The notes under the pieces: generated by a model | What the model saw: only the letters and a program-made list of their open reading frames with translations | Databases searched by the model: none | What the model was told of the DNA's origin: nothing | NCBI GenBank assembly: GCA_041484665.1 | Contig: JBGPIA010000001.1 | Location: 704,001 to 768,000, forward strand | Direction: 5' to 3' | From: Candidatus Krumholzibacteriia bacterium | GTDB taxonomy: Bacteria > Krumholzibacteriota > Krumholzibacteriia > JAJRXK01 | Length of the DNA: 64,000 nucleotides | Shown: positions 1 through 9,800 of the stretch, piece by piece | Position numbering within the stretch: position 1 is the stretch's first letter | Layout: the number at the start of each line of letters is the position of its first letter | Position numbers and translations under genes: made by a program

Positions 1-1422
1 GGGCTGGCCGAGCAGCACGCCGCAGAGTTGCAGGCCGATCCGGTCGCCGTGGACAACGCCGAGCACTTCTACGACGAGATCGTCGACATCGACCTCAGCG
101 CGCTGGAGCCGCACGTCGTGGGGCCACACACGCCCGACCTGGCGCGCCCGATCGGCGAGCTGGCCAAGGCCGTGCGCGAGCACGGTTACCCCGACCAGCT
201 CTCGGCGGCGCTGGTGGGCAGCTGCACCAACAGCAGCTACGAGGACATCGGCCGTTCGGCGCACGTGGCGCGGCAGGCGGCCAAGCAAGGGTTGCGCGCA
301 GCCACGAGCTTCCTGGTGACGCCGGGCAGCGAGCAGATCCGCGCGACGATCGAGCGCGACGGGCAGCTCGCGGCGCTGACGGCGATCGGGGGGCTGGTGC
401 TGGCCAACGCTTGCGGCCCGTGCATCGGGCAATGGCAGCGCGACGACATGCCCAAGGGCACGAAGAACTCCATCCTCACCAGCTACAACCGCAACTTCCC
501 GCGGCGCAACGACGGCAACGCCGAGACGCTGGCTTTCATCGGCAGCCCGGAGATTGTTACCGCGCTGGCGCTGGCCGGCCGCCTGAGCTTCAACCCGCTC
601 ACCGATACGCTCACCACACCCGACGGACGCAAGGTCAAGCTCGAGCCGCCCAGCGGTGAGGAGCTTCCCGCGCAGGGCTTCGTCCGCGGCGACAGCGGCT
701 ACATCCCGCCGGTGGCCGACGGTGGCAGGATCCCGGTCGCGGTCGACCCCAAGAGCGAGCGGCTGCAGTTGCTGCGGCCGTTTGCGCCGTGGGACGGCAA
801 GGATTTCGTCGACTGCGCCGTCTTGCTGAAGGCCAAGGGCAAGTGCACGACCGACCACATCAGCCCGGCCGGGCCATGGCTGCGCTTCCGCGGGCACCTG
901 GACAACATCAGCGACAACCTGTTCAGCGGCGCGGTGAACGCGTTCCGTGCCGAGACCGGCAATGGCAAGAACCAGCTCGACGGCACCATCGCCGAGTTCA
1001 GCAAGATCGCCCGCGCGTACAAGAAGGCCGGACGGGGCTGGGTGGCGATCGGCGATGAGAACTACGGCGAGGGCAGTAGCCGCGAGCACGCCGCCATGGA
1101 GCCGCGCCACCTGGGCGGCAAGGCGATTATCGTACGCAGCTTTGCGCGCATCCACGAGACCAACCTCAAGAAGCAGGGCATGCTGCCCCTGTGGTTCGTC
1201 AACGCGGTCGACTACGACAACATCTGCGAGGACGATCGCGTGAGTATCCTGGAGCTGGCCAAGCTCGCCCCCGGCCGCAACGTGCCCATGGTCATCCAGC
1301 ACAGCGACGGGAAAGACGAGCGCCTCGAGCTCCGCCACTCCATGACCGCTGAGGAGATCGAGTGGTTCAAGGCCGGGTCAGCGCTCAATGTGATCCGGCG
1401 CAAGGAGGGCGCAGGGGCCTAG
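1..1422 (+). CDS. acnA: Aconitate hydratase, mitochondrial-like type; 5' end lies outside the window
   Basis: Motifs GSCTNSSYED, ANACGPCIGQW, SYNRNF, KCTTDHISPAG and NYGEGSSREHAA; frame open from base 1 to TAG at 1420-1422. Confidence 0.95.
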   Translation, partial: GLAEQHAAELQADPVAVDNAEHFYDEIVDIDLSALEPHVVGPHTPDLARPIGELAKAVREHGYPDQLSAALVGSCTNSSYEDIGRSAHVARQAAKQGLRAATSFLVTPGSEQIRATIERDGQLAALTAIGGLVLANACGPCIGQWQRDDMPKGTKNSILTSYNRNFPRRNDGNAETLAFIGSPEIVTALALAGRLSFNPLTDTLTTPDGRKVKLEPPSGEELPAQGFVRGDSGYIPPVADGGRIPVAVDPKSERLQLLRPFAPWDGKDFVDCAVLLKAKGKCTTDHISPAGPWLRFRGHLDNISDNLFSGAVNAFRAETGNGKNQLDGTIAEFSKIARAYKKAGRGWVAIGDENYGEGSSREHAAMEPRHLGGKAIIVRSFARIHETNLKKQGMLPLWFVNAVDYDNICEDDRVSILELAKLAPGRNVPMVIQHSDGKDERLELRHSMTAEEIEWFKAGSALNVIRRKEGAGA

Positions 1423-1520
1423 CCGCTGTGCCGTTCTCGCGCGGTCTCCCCCCAAGGCGTTGGCCTGGGCGGGCCCCACGAGAGTGAGCGAGGATGTGCC
1501 CCCGGGAGTGTTGAGGCGGG

Positions 1521-1554
1521 ACGCGGAAGCCGGCCTGCACGGCCGGCTTCCCGT
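1521..1554. terminator. GC-rich hairpin between convergent genes, possible bidirectional terminator
   Basis: Perfect 11-bp inverted repeat GGAAGCCGGCC-tgcac-GGCCGGCTTCC (1525-1551); no clear U-tract. Confidence 0.45.
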
Positions 1555-1692
1555 ACGGAGTTCGTTCCGCACACTGTCGGCACGAGCCGGCGCGGTGCCG
1601 GCGTGGTGCCAGCGCTCGCGGGTGCCGTAGCCCGCGGGTGCCGCGTGCGCGCCAGCCGGGCGGCCCGGTCGTCCGATGGCGGGATCGCCGTC

Positions 1693-2265
1693 TCAGTCGC
1701 GATACAGCGCCTTCACGGCGCCCCAGTTCTGATGCCCCAACGGCACGGTCCCCTCACACTGCGTGAACTGGACGTTGTCGTACCCCGCGAACCAGCCGTT
1801 GTTTCCGGCGTCCACCTGCAGACATAGCGCGATGGTATAGGTGCCGGGTGTTACGAGATTGAAGCACAGGGTCGTCCAGGGCTGGACATCCGCGGGTGGG
1901 GAGACGAAGGCCAGCTCGCCGTTGAAGTAGATCTTCGCGCGGCCGGTGAGCTGGCTGGCGTCGATCGTGGCGTGCTCGTAATCCAGGCTGAGTGCGCAGC
2001 CGAGAGGGTCGGCACAGACGAAGGTCTGGCTGATGCAGCCTTCGCCCTCCGAGTTACCGAAGGGCGATTGGATGCGACCGTAGTAAGCGGGATTGCCACC
2101 CGCCTGGGGAAATTGCGCTGACCAGCCCAACGGCACGGAGGCGCTCCAGCCGGTCGGGCCGGCCGAGAAGTCGCCGTTGACGATCTGGGCGCTGCAGGGC
2201 ACGGCCGCCAGCGCCGCCAGCAGCAATGCCGAAAACGCAATCGCAACAGTCACCTTGGGACGCAT
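1693..2265 (-). CDS. Secreted Cys-containing beta-rich hypothetical protein, paralog A (190 aa), with C-terminal WGAVKALYRD tail
   Basis: AGGAGG RBS before ATG 2265; signal peptide ending in CSA-Q; strong similarity to 2577..3152. Confidence 0.85.
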   Translation of the reverse strand: MRPKVTVAIAFSALLLAALAAVPCSAQIVNGDFSAGPTGWSASVPLGWSAQFPQAGGNPAYYGRIQSPFGNSEGEGCISQTFVCADPLGCALSLDYEHATIDASQLTGRAKIYFNGELAFVSPPADVQPWTTLCFNLVTPGTYTIALCLQVDAGNNGWFAGYDNVQFTQCEGTVPLGHQNWGAVKALYRD

Positions 2266-2576
2266 GGATTCCTCCTGCGATGTGGGGACATTAGTGCTCC
2301 GGCAGTCGAGCTTCGTGCAACCTCGGCCCATGGCAAGCGTGCGCCGGATCGGGCGTCGGCACCCCCGTCGGGCAGAGAAAAGGGCATCCGAATCGAGCGC
2401 AGGACCCAAGGGTACCACATCTGGCGGGTGGCGTGGCGCCAGCGGCGGGGCGGAGGCCGGCGGGATTCTGCCGCCCGGCCCGGCCGATCCCGGGCGGGCC
2501 GACAACGGAGCGCCCGAGGCCCGCGCCCGCGCCCGCGCGCTCCAGCAGCCGCTCCGCCTCACGCAGAAGCGCCCGC

Positions 2577-3152
2577 TCAGTCGCGATAGAGCGACTTGAC
2601 GGTGCCCCAGTCCGTCCGGCTCGCGGGTGTCGTCCCCTGGCACTGGGTGAACCCGACGTTGTCGAAGCACGCCTCCCAGGCATTGTTGCCGGCATCGATC
2701 CCCAGGCAGAGGCCGATGGTGTACGTGCCGGGACGCGTGAGGTTGAAGCACTCCGTCGCCCAATCCAAGACATCGGTCGCGGGCGAGATCAACGCAAGCT
2801 CGCCGTTGAAATAGACCTTCACCCGGCCGGAGAACGGGCTGGCGTCGAGGCTCTGGAGCTTGTAGTCCACGCTCAGCGAGCAGCCGTTGGGATCGGTACA
2901 CGCAAACGTCTGGCTGATGCAGCCTTCGCCCTGCGAGTCCCCAAATGGCGAGAAAACGCGCGCGTACCGGCCGGGGTTGCCTCCCGAAGCAGGAAAGCTC
3001 GCCGGCGACCAGGTGGGAGGTGAGCTGAGGGTCCAGCCGGTCCCGCCGCTCGCGAAGCCGCCGTTGACGATTTGGGCGCCGCTGGAAGTGGCCGCGACCG
3101 CCACGAGCAGCGGCGCGAGGACCATGATGATGGGCATTGCTGTGGGCCGCAT
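2577..3152 (-). CDS. Secreted Cys-containing beta-rich hypothetical protein, paralog B (191 aa), with C-terminal WGTVKSLYRD tail
   Basis: AGGAGG RBS before ATG 3152; signal peptide; shares QIVNG, GGNP..Y.R..SPFG.S.GEGCISQTF.C.DP.GC and PGTYTI.LCL..DAGNN.W with paralog A. Confidence 0.85.
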   Translation of the reverse strand: MRPTAMPIIMVLAPLLVAVAATSSGAQIVNGGFASGGTGWTLSSPPTWSPASFPASGGNPGRYARVFSPFGDSQGEGCISQTFACTDPNGCSLSVDYKLQSLDASPFSGRVKVYFNGELALISPATDVLDWATECFNLTRPGTYTIGLCLGIDAGNNAWEACFDNVGFTQCQGTTPASRTDWGTVKSLYRD

Positions 3153-3253
3153 GGACTCCTCCTGCATCGAGCGCGGGCTTCGAATCTACCACATCCAGCG
3201 CAACGCGTGACACCGCACGCGGCCCAGCGCACGCGGCCCACGACGGCAACGCG

Positions 3254-3970
3254 TTAGCCAGCGCCCGGCCCGTCCGGCAGGGATGGCCGCTGCACGCCCG
3301 CAGGCTCGCGGCGCGCCAGCCCGCCCAGATTGCGCGCGGTCCGCACGATCAGCAGGGTGAGCATGGCCATCGCGGCGAGCAGCCCGCCCAGATCGAAGAC
3401 CGTCGCCCCCACGCCGAGCACCCGGAACGGCAGCGGGCCCACCACAAGCGCGAGCGTGTTGAGCGCGATCAGGATCAGGCGCACCTCGGTCGGCCCGATG
3501 CGACCGTAGGTGTACTTGAACCTCCCGAACACGATCGTCTCCAGGTACACGTTGATCGAAACCAGCAGGTACGCGATCACAACCACCAGGCCGACCGACA
3601 GCAGCATGTACGGAGACCAGCCCAGACCCAGCCCGATCATCATCGTCGCATACGCGTCCACGACGTGGTCGAGGTAGAAGCCGTAGTTGGGCCGCTCGAT
3701 CCGCCGCACGCGCGCCAGCGTCCCGTCGAGGCTGTCCCCGCACCAATGGACCACCAAGAGCGTGCTGGCCAGCCACAGCCAGGCTGGATGTCGATTGGAG
3801 AGGACATACGACAGCGCGATCCCCGTCGCCGCCAGCATGCCCAGCGCGGTGAGGTGGTCGGGCATGACCCAGGCCGGGAGCCCTGCCGCCAGACGCGGCA
3901 GGGCCCAGCGCTCGAAGCGCGCCAACGGCGAGCGTGCTTGCCGCTGGGCCTCTGCGGGTTGCTCGCGCAC
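3254..3970 (-). CDS. CDP-alcohol phosphatidyltransferase family protein
   Basis: Signature DSLDGTLAR...GFYLDHVVD and several TM helices; start estimated at GTG 3970. Confidence 0.88.
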   Translation of the reverse strand: MREQPAEAQRQARSPLARFERWALPRLAAGLPAWVMPDHLTALGMLAATGIALSYVLSNRHPAWLWLASTLLVVHWCGDSLDGTLARVRRIERPNYGFYLDHVVDAYATMMIGLGLGWSPYMLLSVGLVVVIAYLLVSINVYLETIVFGRFKYTYGRIGPTEVRLILIALNTLALVVGPLPFRVLGVGATVFDLGGLLAAMAMLTLLIVRTARNLGGLARREPAGVQRPSLPDGPGAG

Positions 3971-4022
3971 GCTAGGGTCCCGGAGTTGGTCCTGCGATCC
4001 GAGGACGCCCCTGCACGGGTAC

Positions 4023-4820
4023 CTACGGCTTCGCTGGTGGTATCGGATCCGGGACAGCGTTGTGGATCGCCGGGATCGACTGCAGGTACGCGAAGATCGC
4101 TCCGAGATCCTCATCCTTCGCAAGGCCGAAGTCCTGCCACGGCATGGGCGGAAGGATGGGCCTGCCCTCTCCCATGTGCTTCCCCGTCCGCATGGCCTTC
4201 AGGAACATGTCCAGCTTCCAGCTTCCGATCCCGGTATCCAGATCGGGCGTGAGGTTGATCGCAAAGCTCACACCCCATGGCCCGGCCCACATGGAAAGAT
4301 CGCCGTTGGTGAGAGCAATCCATCCCTGCGGGCTCAGCACGCCCGCGGGCACGGCGGGGACGGGGTTACCCTGCGGCTGCCCGGAGAGCTGGCGCGTCAT
4401 GTCGGGCTCGGGTCCATTGGGTCCGAGCTTCTTGGGCGTGTGGCAATCGTGGCACCCTATGATGTTCGTCAGGTAGCGCCCCCGCTCGATCCTCGCGTGG
4501 TCGGACGCGCTGGTGGCCCCGCCCTTCTTGGTCAGAGCAGCGCCCTTCGTTGTCGTCGCGGCACCCTTCTCTGCCGCGGCGGCGCCCTTCCCCGCGGCAG
4601 CGGGGCTCGCCGGGCGGGGCCCCTGGGCGGCTTTCTTGGGACTCGCGGGCGCTTGTGCGAAGGTGGTGCTGGCCAGCGCGAGCGCGGCAACGCAGGCGGT
4701 CAACCACACGGCCAGCGGCCGTGCGTTGCGTCCCAGTGGGTTGCGTCGTGATGGCTGCGCGACGAAACGTCGCGGTGGGCGGACGGAAAACGGCCTCTGG
4801 ATGGACTTGCTGCTGGACAT
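4023..4820 (-). CDS. Exported monoheme c-type cytochrome with Ala/Lys-rich linker
   Basis: GCHDCH heme motif; GPWGVSFAINLTPD.TGIG.W and LPPMPW motifs; AAGGAGG RBS before ATG 4820; hydrophobic signal segment. Confidence 0.85.
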   Translation of the reverse strand: MSSSKSIQRPFSVRPPRRFVAQPSRRNPLGRNARPLAVWLTACVAALALASTTFAQAPASPKKAAQGPRPASPAAAGKGAAAAEKGAATTTKGAALTKKGGATSASDHARIERGRYLTNIIGCHDCHTPKKLGPNGPEPDMTRQLSGQPQGNPVPAVPAGVLSPQGWIALTNGDLSMWAGPWGVSFAINLTPDLDTGIGSWKLDMFLKAMRTGKHMGEGRPILPPMPWQDFGLAKDEDLGAIFAYLQSIPAIHNAVPDPIPPAKP

Positions 4821-4971
4821 GAGGACCTCCTTGGAACGCAGCATGCGATAGGGCACACTAGCATGCCGAGGCCCGTGCGTCCGTGCAAGAGCACAGGTGT
4901 GATCGCTCCACTGCCGTGCAGCGGGCAACTGCGGATCCCAGGAGTCGCTGCAAGGGCCCGCTGCGCGCCCG

Positions 4972-6021
4972 CTACGGCTGGAGGCCGTCAGCGTTCTGGA
5001 GCTGCACGTCGAATGCGGTCTCATGCACCGCCGTGCCGGCGGCCGACGCGGAGCCGCTCCACAGCAGCACACGGTAGGAGCCCGGGGCGAACGGTGCGGA
5101 CGCCTGCAGGAGCACCAGGAGCGTGCTGCGTTGGAGCTCGGGCGGCGAGATCACGATCCGGGCCACCACCCCGTCGTCCGGGCCGCGCACCTCCACTGCG
5201 GCCGGGCGCCCGCGGTCGAGCTCCGGGGGTACCGCGAGCGTGAGGGTCAGCGCGCGTGCCTCCGCCGCCAGAATCGCGCGGGTGCCGGCCCCACGCACGC
5301 TGGAAGGCGCAACCCAGGGGACCACGAGCCCCTGCACCTCCGAGCTGGCGGCCCCTGCTGCGCCCGCCGCCCGGGACGCGCCGCCGGAAGTGCCGGGGCT
5401 GCCGGAAGTGACCGTCCCGGCACCCGTGGCCGCGGGAGGCACGCCGTGGCCGACGATCCCGGTCCCGGTCGACGTCGACATCAGAGTGGGCCACAGCACC
5501 AGCAACGCGACGGTCGCCGTGGTGCACGCGCCAATCAATCCGCCCATCACCCACGGGATCCAGCCGCGCCGGGGGGCCGGCCCGCGCGGGAAGCCGAGCG
5601 GCGCTCGCCCGGGCACGCCTGCCTGCGCCGTCGCGCCCGCGGGTGCGAAGCCCGCCAGGGCCAGGTCGTCGCGGCAGTCCACGCAGCGCGCCACGTGCTG
5701 GAGCACGAGTTCGCGCTCCAATCCGCGCAGCGCCGGCTCGATGCGGTCCCAGCGCGCGATCAGCCCGGCCGGGACGTGGCCGGGCCGCTCGCGTGCCGCT
5801 CCCTCGGCCGCCCACAGCCCATCCCATTCCGACCGGCAGGGGTCGCACGATGACAGGTGTGTCGCGAGCCGCTGTCCGTCGGTTTCATCCAGCAGACCGA
5901 GTGCGCGGGCCAGCAGTCGGGACAGTGCCCAGGTGTGCTCTCCACCCGCTACACCACCTGCGCCGCCCTGCGCGCCGCTGCTCGCGCCACCGCTCGATTG
6001 CCCCCAGACGTGCTGATCCAT
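4972..6021 (-). CDS. Membrane-anchored anti-sigma-like protein with two zf-HC2 (HxxxCxxC) motifs
   Basis: HLSSCDPC and HVARCVDC, one TM helix, Gly/Ala linker, C-terminal beta-rich domain; lies directly downstream of an ECF sigma. Confidence 0.75.
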   Translation of the reverse strand: MDQHVWGQSSGGASSGAQGGAGGVAGGEHTWALSRLLARALGLLDETDGQRLATHLSSCDPCRSEWDGLWAAEGAARERPGHVPAGLIARWDRIEPALRGLERELVLQHVARCVDCRDDLALAGFAPAGATAQAGVPGRAPLGFPRGPAPRRGWIPWVMGGLIGACTTATVALLVLWPTLMSTSTGTGIVGHGVPPAATGAGTVTSGSPGTSGGASRAAGAAGAASSEVQGLVVPWVAPSSVRGAGTRAILAAEARALTLTLAVPPELDRGRPAAVEVRGPDDGVVARIVISPPELQRSTLLVLLQASAPFAPGSYRVLLWSGSASAAGTAVHETAFDVQLQNADGLQP

Positions 6022-6077
6022 AGGTCCTCACCACCCTGCAAAGCGCGCTGGCGGCCGCGGCACGGCCGCGGCGCGCG

Positions 6078-6644
6078 CTAGGACTCGTTCCACTGCAGCA
6101 CGCGGCGTAGCTGTGGGTCCGCGGCCAGCTCCCGGCGCGGGACCTCCAGGCAACGCGACCAACGCTTGCGTACGGCCTCGTGGCTCATTCCCAACTCTCG
6201 TGCAACCTGGGCCCAATCATGCTCGGCGAAGTAGGCGCGGGCGAGCGCTTGGCAATCGCCCGCGCCGTGCCGCTGGAATAGCTCGAGCACGATCAGCTCC
6301 AGCCTGCGGTGCAGCTCGCCCACCAGATCGTCGTGAGGCGACCGCGGATCGGCGGCGTCGATTCCGTCTAGTCCCGCCGGCGCGAGCGTGCGGCGGGCGC
6401 GGATGCGGCGGCGGACGAAGTCGGTGTGCGTGCGCCGCGCGATCACCGTCATTAACCCTTCCAGATCGCGCGCGCTTTCACGCCGCACCGCGCGCAGGAG
6501 GTTTACGCAGGCTTCCTGCACCAGGTCGTCGAGCTCCTGGCGCTCCGTCCCGCTCACCTCCAGCTCGAGGCGTCGCCGCAGGAAGCGCCGCGCCGCGTTC
6601 CAGTCGATCTCGCGTTCGCCAGTATGGGCAGAGTCCGCAGGCAT
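6078..6644 (-). CDS. ECF-type RNA polymerase sigma factor
   Basis: Region 2 (DDLVQEAC..L, IARR...DFVRRR) and region 4 HTH (WAQVARELGMSHEAVRKRWSR); alternative start at 6749. Confidence 0.8.
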   Translation of the reverse strand: MPADSAHTGEREIDWNAARRFLRRRLELEVSGTERQELDDLVQEACVNLLRAVRRESARDLEGLMTVIARRTHTDFVRRRIRARRTLAPAGLDGIDAADPRSPHDDLVGELHRRLELIVLELFQRHGAGDCQALARAYFAEHDWAQVARELGMSHEAVRKRWSRCLEVPRRELAADPQLRRVLQWNES

Positions 6645-6897
6645 AGCACGGCGCGACGCGCGGGGTTTCGCCCGACCGGGGCTCGGCCGGGGCAAGAGCA
6701 CGTCGAGCGCGCTGGGGAGTCTAGGGTTGGACACCAGGGCGAGCAACATCGGCGACGACGCAGCCTTCCATACGGGAGCGCGTTGCGGGATGCGAGAGTC
6801 CCGCGAATTCGCTGTCTAGGTCGCCCGCCACGCCGTCCTGTGACAGGTCGGAAGGCGTCGGCAGAGGGCGTCTCCCACGCGCGCGGCGGCTGCGGGA

Positions 6898-9800
6898 TTA
6901 TCGCCAGTCCCCGGCGGCGATGAACGACGCCCAGTAGAACGGGTGCGTGCTGAGCCCGGCGCGACGACGCTCCTCCAGCAGCTGGCGGCTCGCCTCGCGC
7001 ACGGCGGCGGCCGTGTCCAGGCCGCGGTCGAAGCGCTGCTCGTAGAGGTGGTTCATCCAGCTGCGCGCAGCGGCGTCCTCCACGGGCCAGAGGCTCAGCA
7101 CCAGTGAGCGTGCGCCGGCGATGCGGAAGGCGCGCTGCAGCCCCAGCACGCCTTCTCCAGCGCGCACGTCGCCCACGCCGGTGTCACATGCCGAGAGCAC
7201 CACCCACTGCGCCGCCCCCAGGTCGAGGGAAGCGATCTCCTCCGCGGTGAGGATCCCATCCTCGCCCGCGGGGTCGGCCGCAGCGCGGTGGTTCGCGCCC
7301 GCGAGCGCCAACCCGCTGGAGAGCAGCGGATTCTCGGGCGTGGGGGCGCCGGGCTCCCCAGTACTGTGCGACAACTCCCACGCGCCGGCGGCCGGGCGCA
7401 GGGCGGCCCCGGCGGCACACGCCCCCTGCAGGATGAACCCATGGGTCGCGATGTGCAGCACGCTCTGCCCGCCGGCGCTCCGCTTCAGCTTGCCCTCCGT
7501 GGCGTCGCGCCCCGTGACGATCTCGGCAGCCGCGCGGGGGAAGCGGCGGCGATAGATCCCGGCCACCTCGCGTGCCTCGTCCTTGGCCCGCGGAAGGGCG
7601 AGGAAGCGCAGCCGGGCCAGCTCCTCGCACGACGAGCGCTGGCCGCGGAATGCGACCACCGCAGGTTGCTCGGCGACGGACGCAGGCGGCGCGGCACGCG
7701 GGTCCATGTCGAAATCGGGACCTCCAACGGCGAGCATGCGCGGGGGCGAGGCCATGGAGGGCAGCAAGGGTGGCCCCGCGATCAGATCGCGCTCTGCCGT
7801 GAGCACGTGGAGCGTCGGGCCGTCCTCGAGCAGATAGCGGCCGTCCGGCGCAGGAAGCGCCGCGAAGGCGACCAGGTGCAGCGATCCCTCGGCGACGACG
7901 AACACGCGCTGCGCGTCCCCCAGCTGCGCCGCGAGCGGATCCCACACGGCCGCGCGCAGTCGCTCGCCGGCTGCACGGCAGGCCGCCTCGGCCTGCTCCG
8001 CAAATGGGCCTGCCGGAGCCACGCCCTCGGCGATGGTCTGGCGCCAGCGCAGCACGAGCGAGTCCACCGCGCCCACGGATGCGAGCGCGACGATGGCTGG
8101 CTCGGGCGACCCCGCGCGAGCGACCAGGGCGCAGTACCCCGGCTGCTTGCTCCCGTCGTGCACGGACGCGTAGGCCACGAGCGCCGAGCGCTCCGGCAGC
8201 GCCCGCACGGCCGCGTCGTAGCCGACGCTGTCCTGGGCCGCCTGGCGGCCCAGTGACGAGGCGCGCGACGCGACCGCCCGCTCGAGCTCCTCCCGCTTGG
8301 CGCGCGCCTGCGCCACGCGCTGCGCGTAACGCTCGCCGTCATCGCCGGGCCCGCGCACGACGAGGTTGGCCAGCCGCGCCCGAGCGGACTGCAGCCTGGA
8401 CAGCAACGATGTCGTCTCGCTGTCGGCCGCCGCCGAAGCGAGGCTTCGCCGCGCTGCCAACTCATCTTGCACGAGCGCCCGCGAGCGCAGCGCCGCGTCC
8501 CAGGCCGCGCGCACGTGCGACGGCGCCGGATCGCGCAGCGCCGCTGCCAGCGCCACGTCGACCCCGGTGGCACGCACTGCCGCGTAGCGCAGCGCCTGTC
8601 GCTCGGAGAGCCCGCGCGCGAGCAGCCGCAGGTGGTCGCGCCCGATTTGCTCGGCGCGGACTGCCGCCTTCAGCGACGCCTCCAGGTCGCCGCGCTCCAG
8701 CTGCACGAGGGCGAGATCGCGCAGCAAGGCGCCGACGTCGGGATGATCGGGTCCCAGCGCAGCCTCGTCGATGGCCTCGGCCTGCTGCAGTTTGGCCAAC
8801 GCCTCCTCGCGCTGCCCCTGCGCCGCGAGCAGATTGCCGAGGTTGTGCAGGCCGCGCGCGTACTCAGGGTGCCGAGGGCCGAGCGTCTGCTCGTCGATGG
8901 CGAGTGCGCGCTCCAGCGCGGTCCGCGCCGGCTGCAGCTCTCCCAGCCCGAAGAGCAGCTTGGCGTAGTCGTTGAGCCCCTGGGCCAGGTCGGGGTGCTG
9001 GGGACCCTTGCCCTTCTCCACGAGGGCCAGGCCGCGCTCGAACTGCTCCCGGGCTCGCGCATGCTCGCCCATAGCCTGCAGCGTGCTGCCCATGTTGACC
9101 AGCGTCACCCCGACATCGGGGTCATCAGGACCCCGCAGCTTGGTGCGGATCTCCACCGCCCGCTCGAACTGCGCGAGCGCTTCCTGGAACTCACCGGTGA
9201 GGTACATCACGCCGGCGATATTGTTGTGGTCGTCGGCGACGTAGAAATGCTGCGCGCCGTAGGTCTTCTCGTCGATGGCCAACACGCGCTCGAGCAGGTG
9301 GCGCGCCTCTGCGTACTCGCCCGCCGAACGCTCGACATTGGCGAGATTGAACAACGTGGCTCCGACGTTGGGGTGATCGGGGCCGAGGATCTTCTCGTCG
9401 ATGGCCAGCGAGCGCTTCAGCATCGCCCGTGCCCGCTCGTAGTCGCCCAGGCGCGTCAGTACGTCGCCCAGGCTGTTGAGCGCAGCCGACGTGATGGTGC
9501 TCTGTGGCCCGTATGCCGTCTCGCAGAGAGCCAGCGCGCGCCCGTAGTCCCCCTGACTGGCCTCCAGCTCGCCGCGAGCGAGGTGGACGTGGCCGAGCAC
9601 CATCACGGTTGCCTCGACCAGGGGAGATTGCGGCCCGAGCGCCGCCTCGCGGGTCCGCAGCGCCTTCGTGGCGAGATCGAGCGCGACATCCAGATCGCGG
9701 CCCATCAGGCGCAGCAGGTCGGCCAGGTCGGTCTGGGCGGCTGCGACCGCAGGATGGTCCTCTCCGTGGGCCTTCGTGCGGATCTGCAGCTCGCGCTCGA

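Noticed and set aside
2310..2350. sigma54-like elements upstream of paralog A
   Set aside because: GG-to-GC spacing is 9 nt rather than the required 10 in both candidates.
1693..3249. 518-aa ORF apparently fusing the two paralogs
   Set aside because: The upstream part is an alternative frame of paralog B; each paralog has its own RBS, start and stop.
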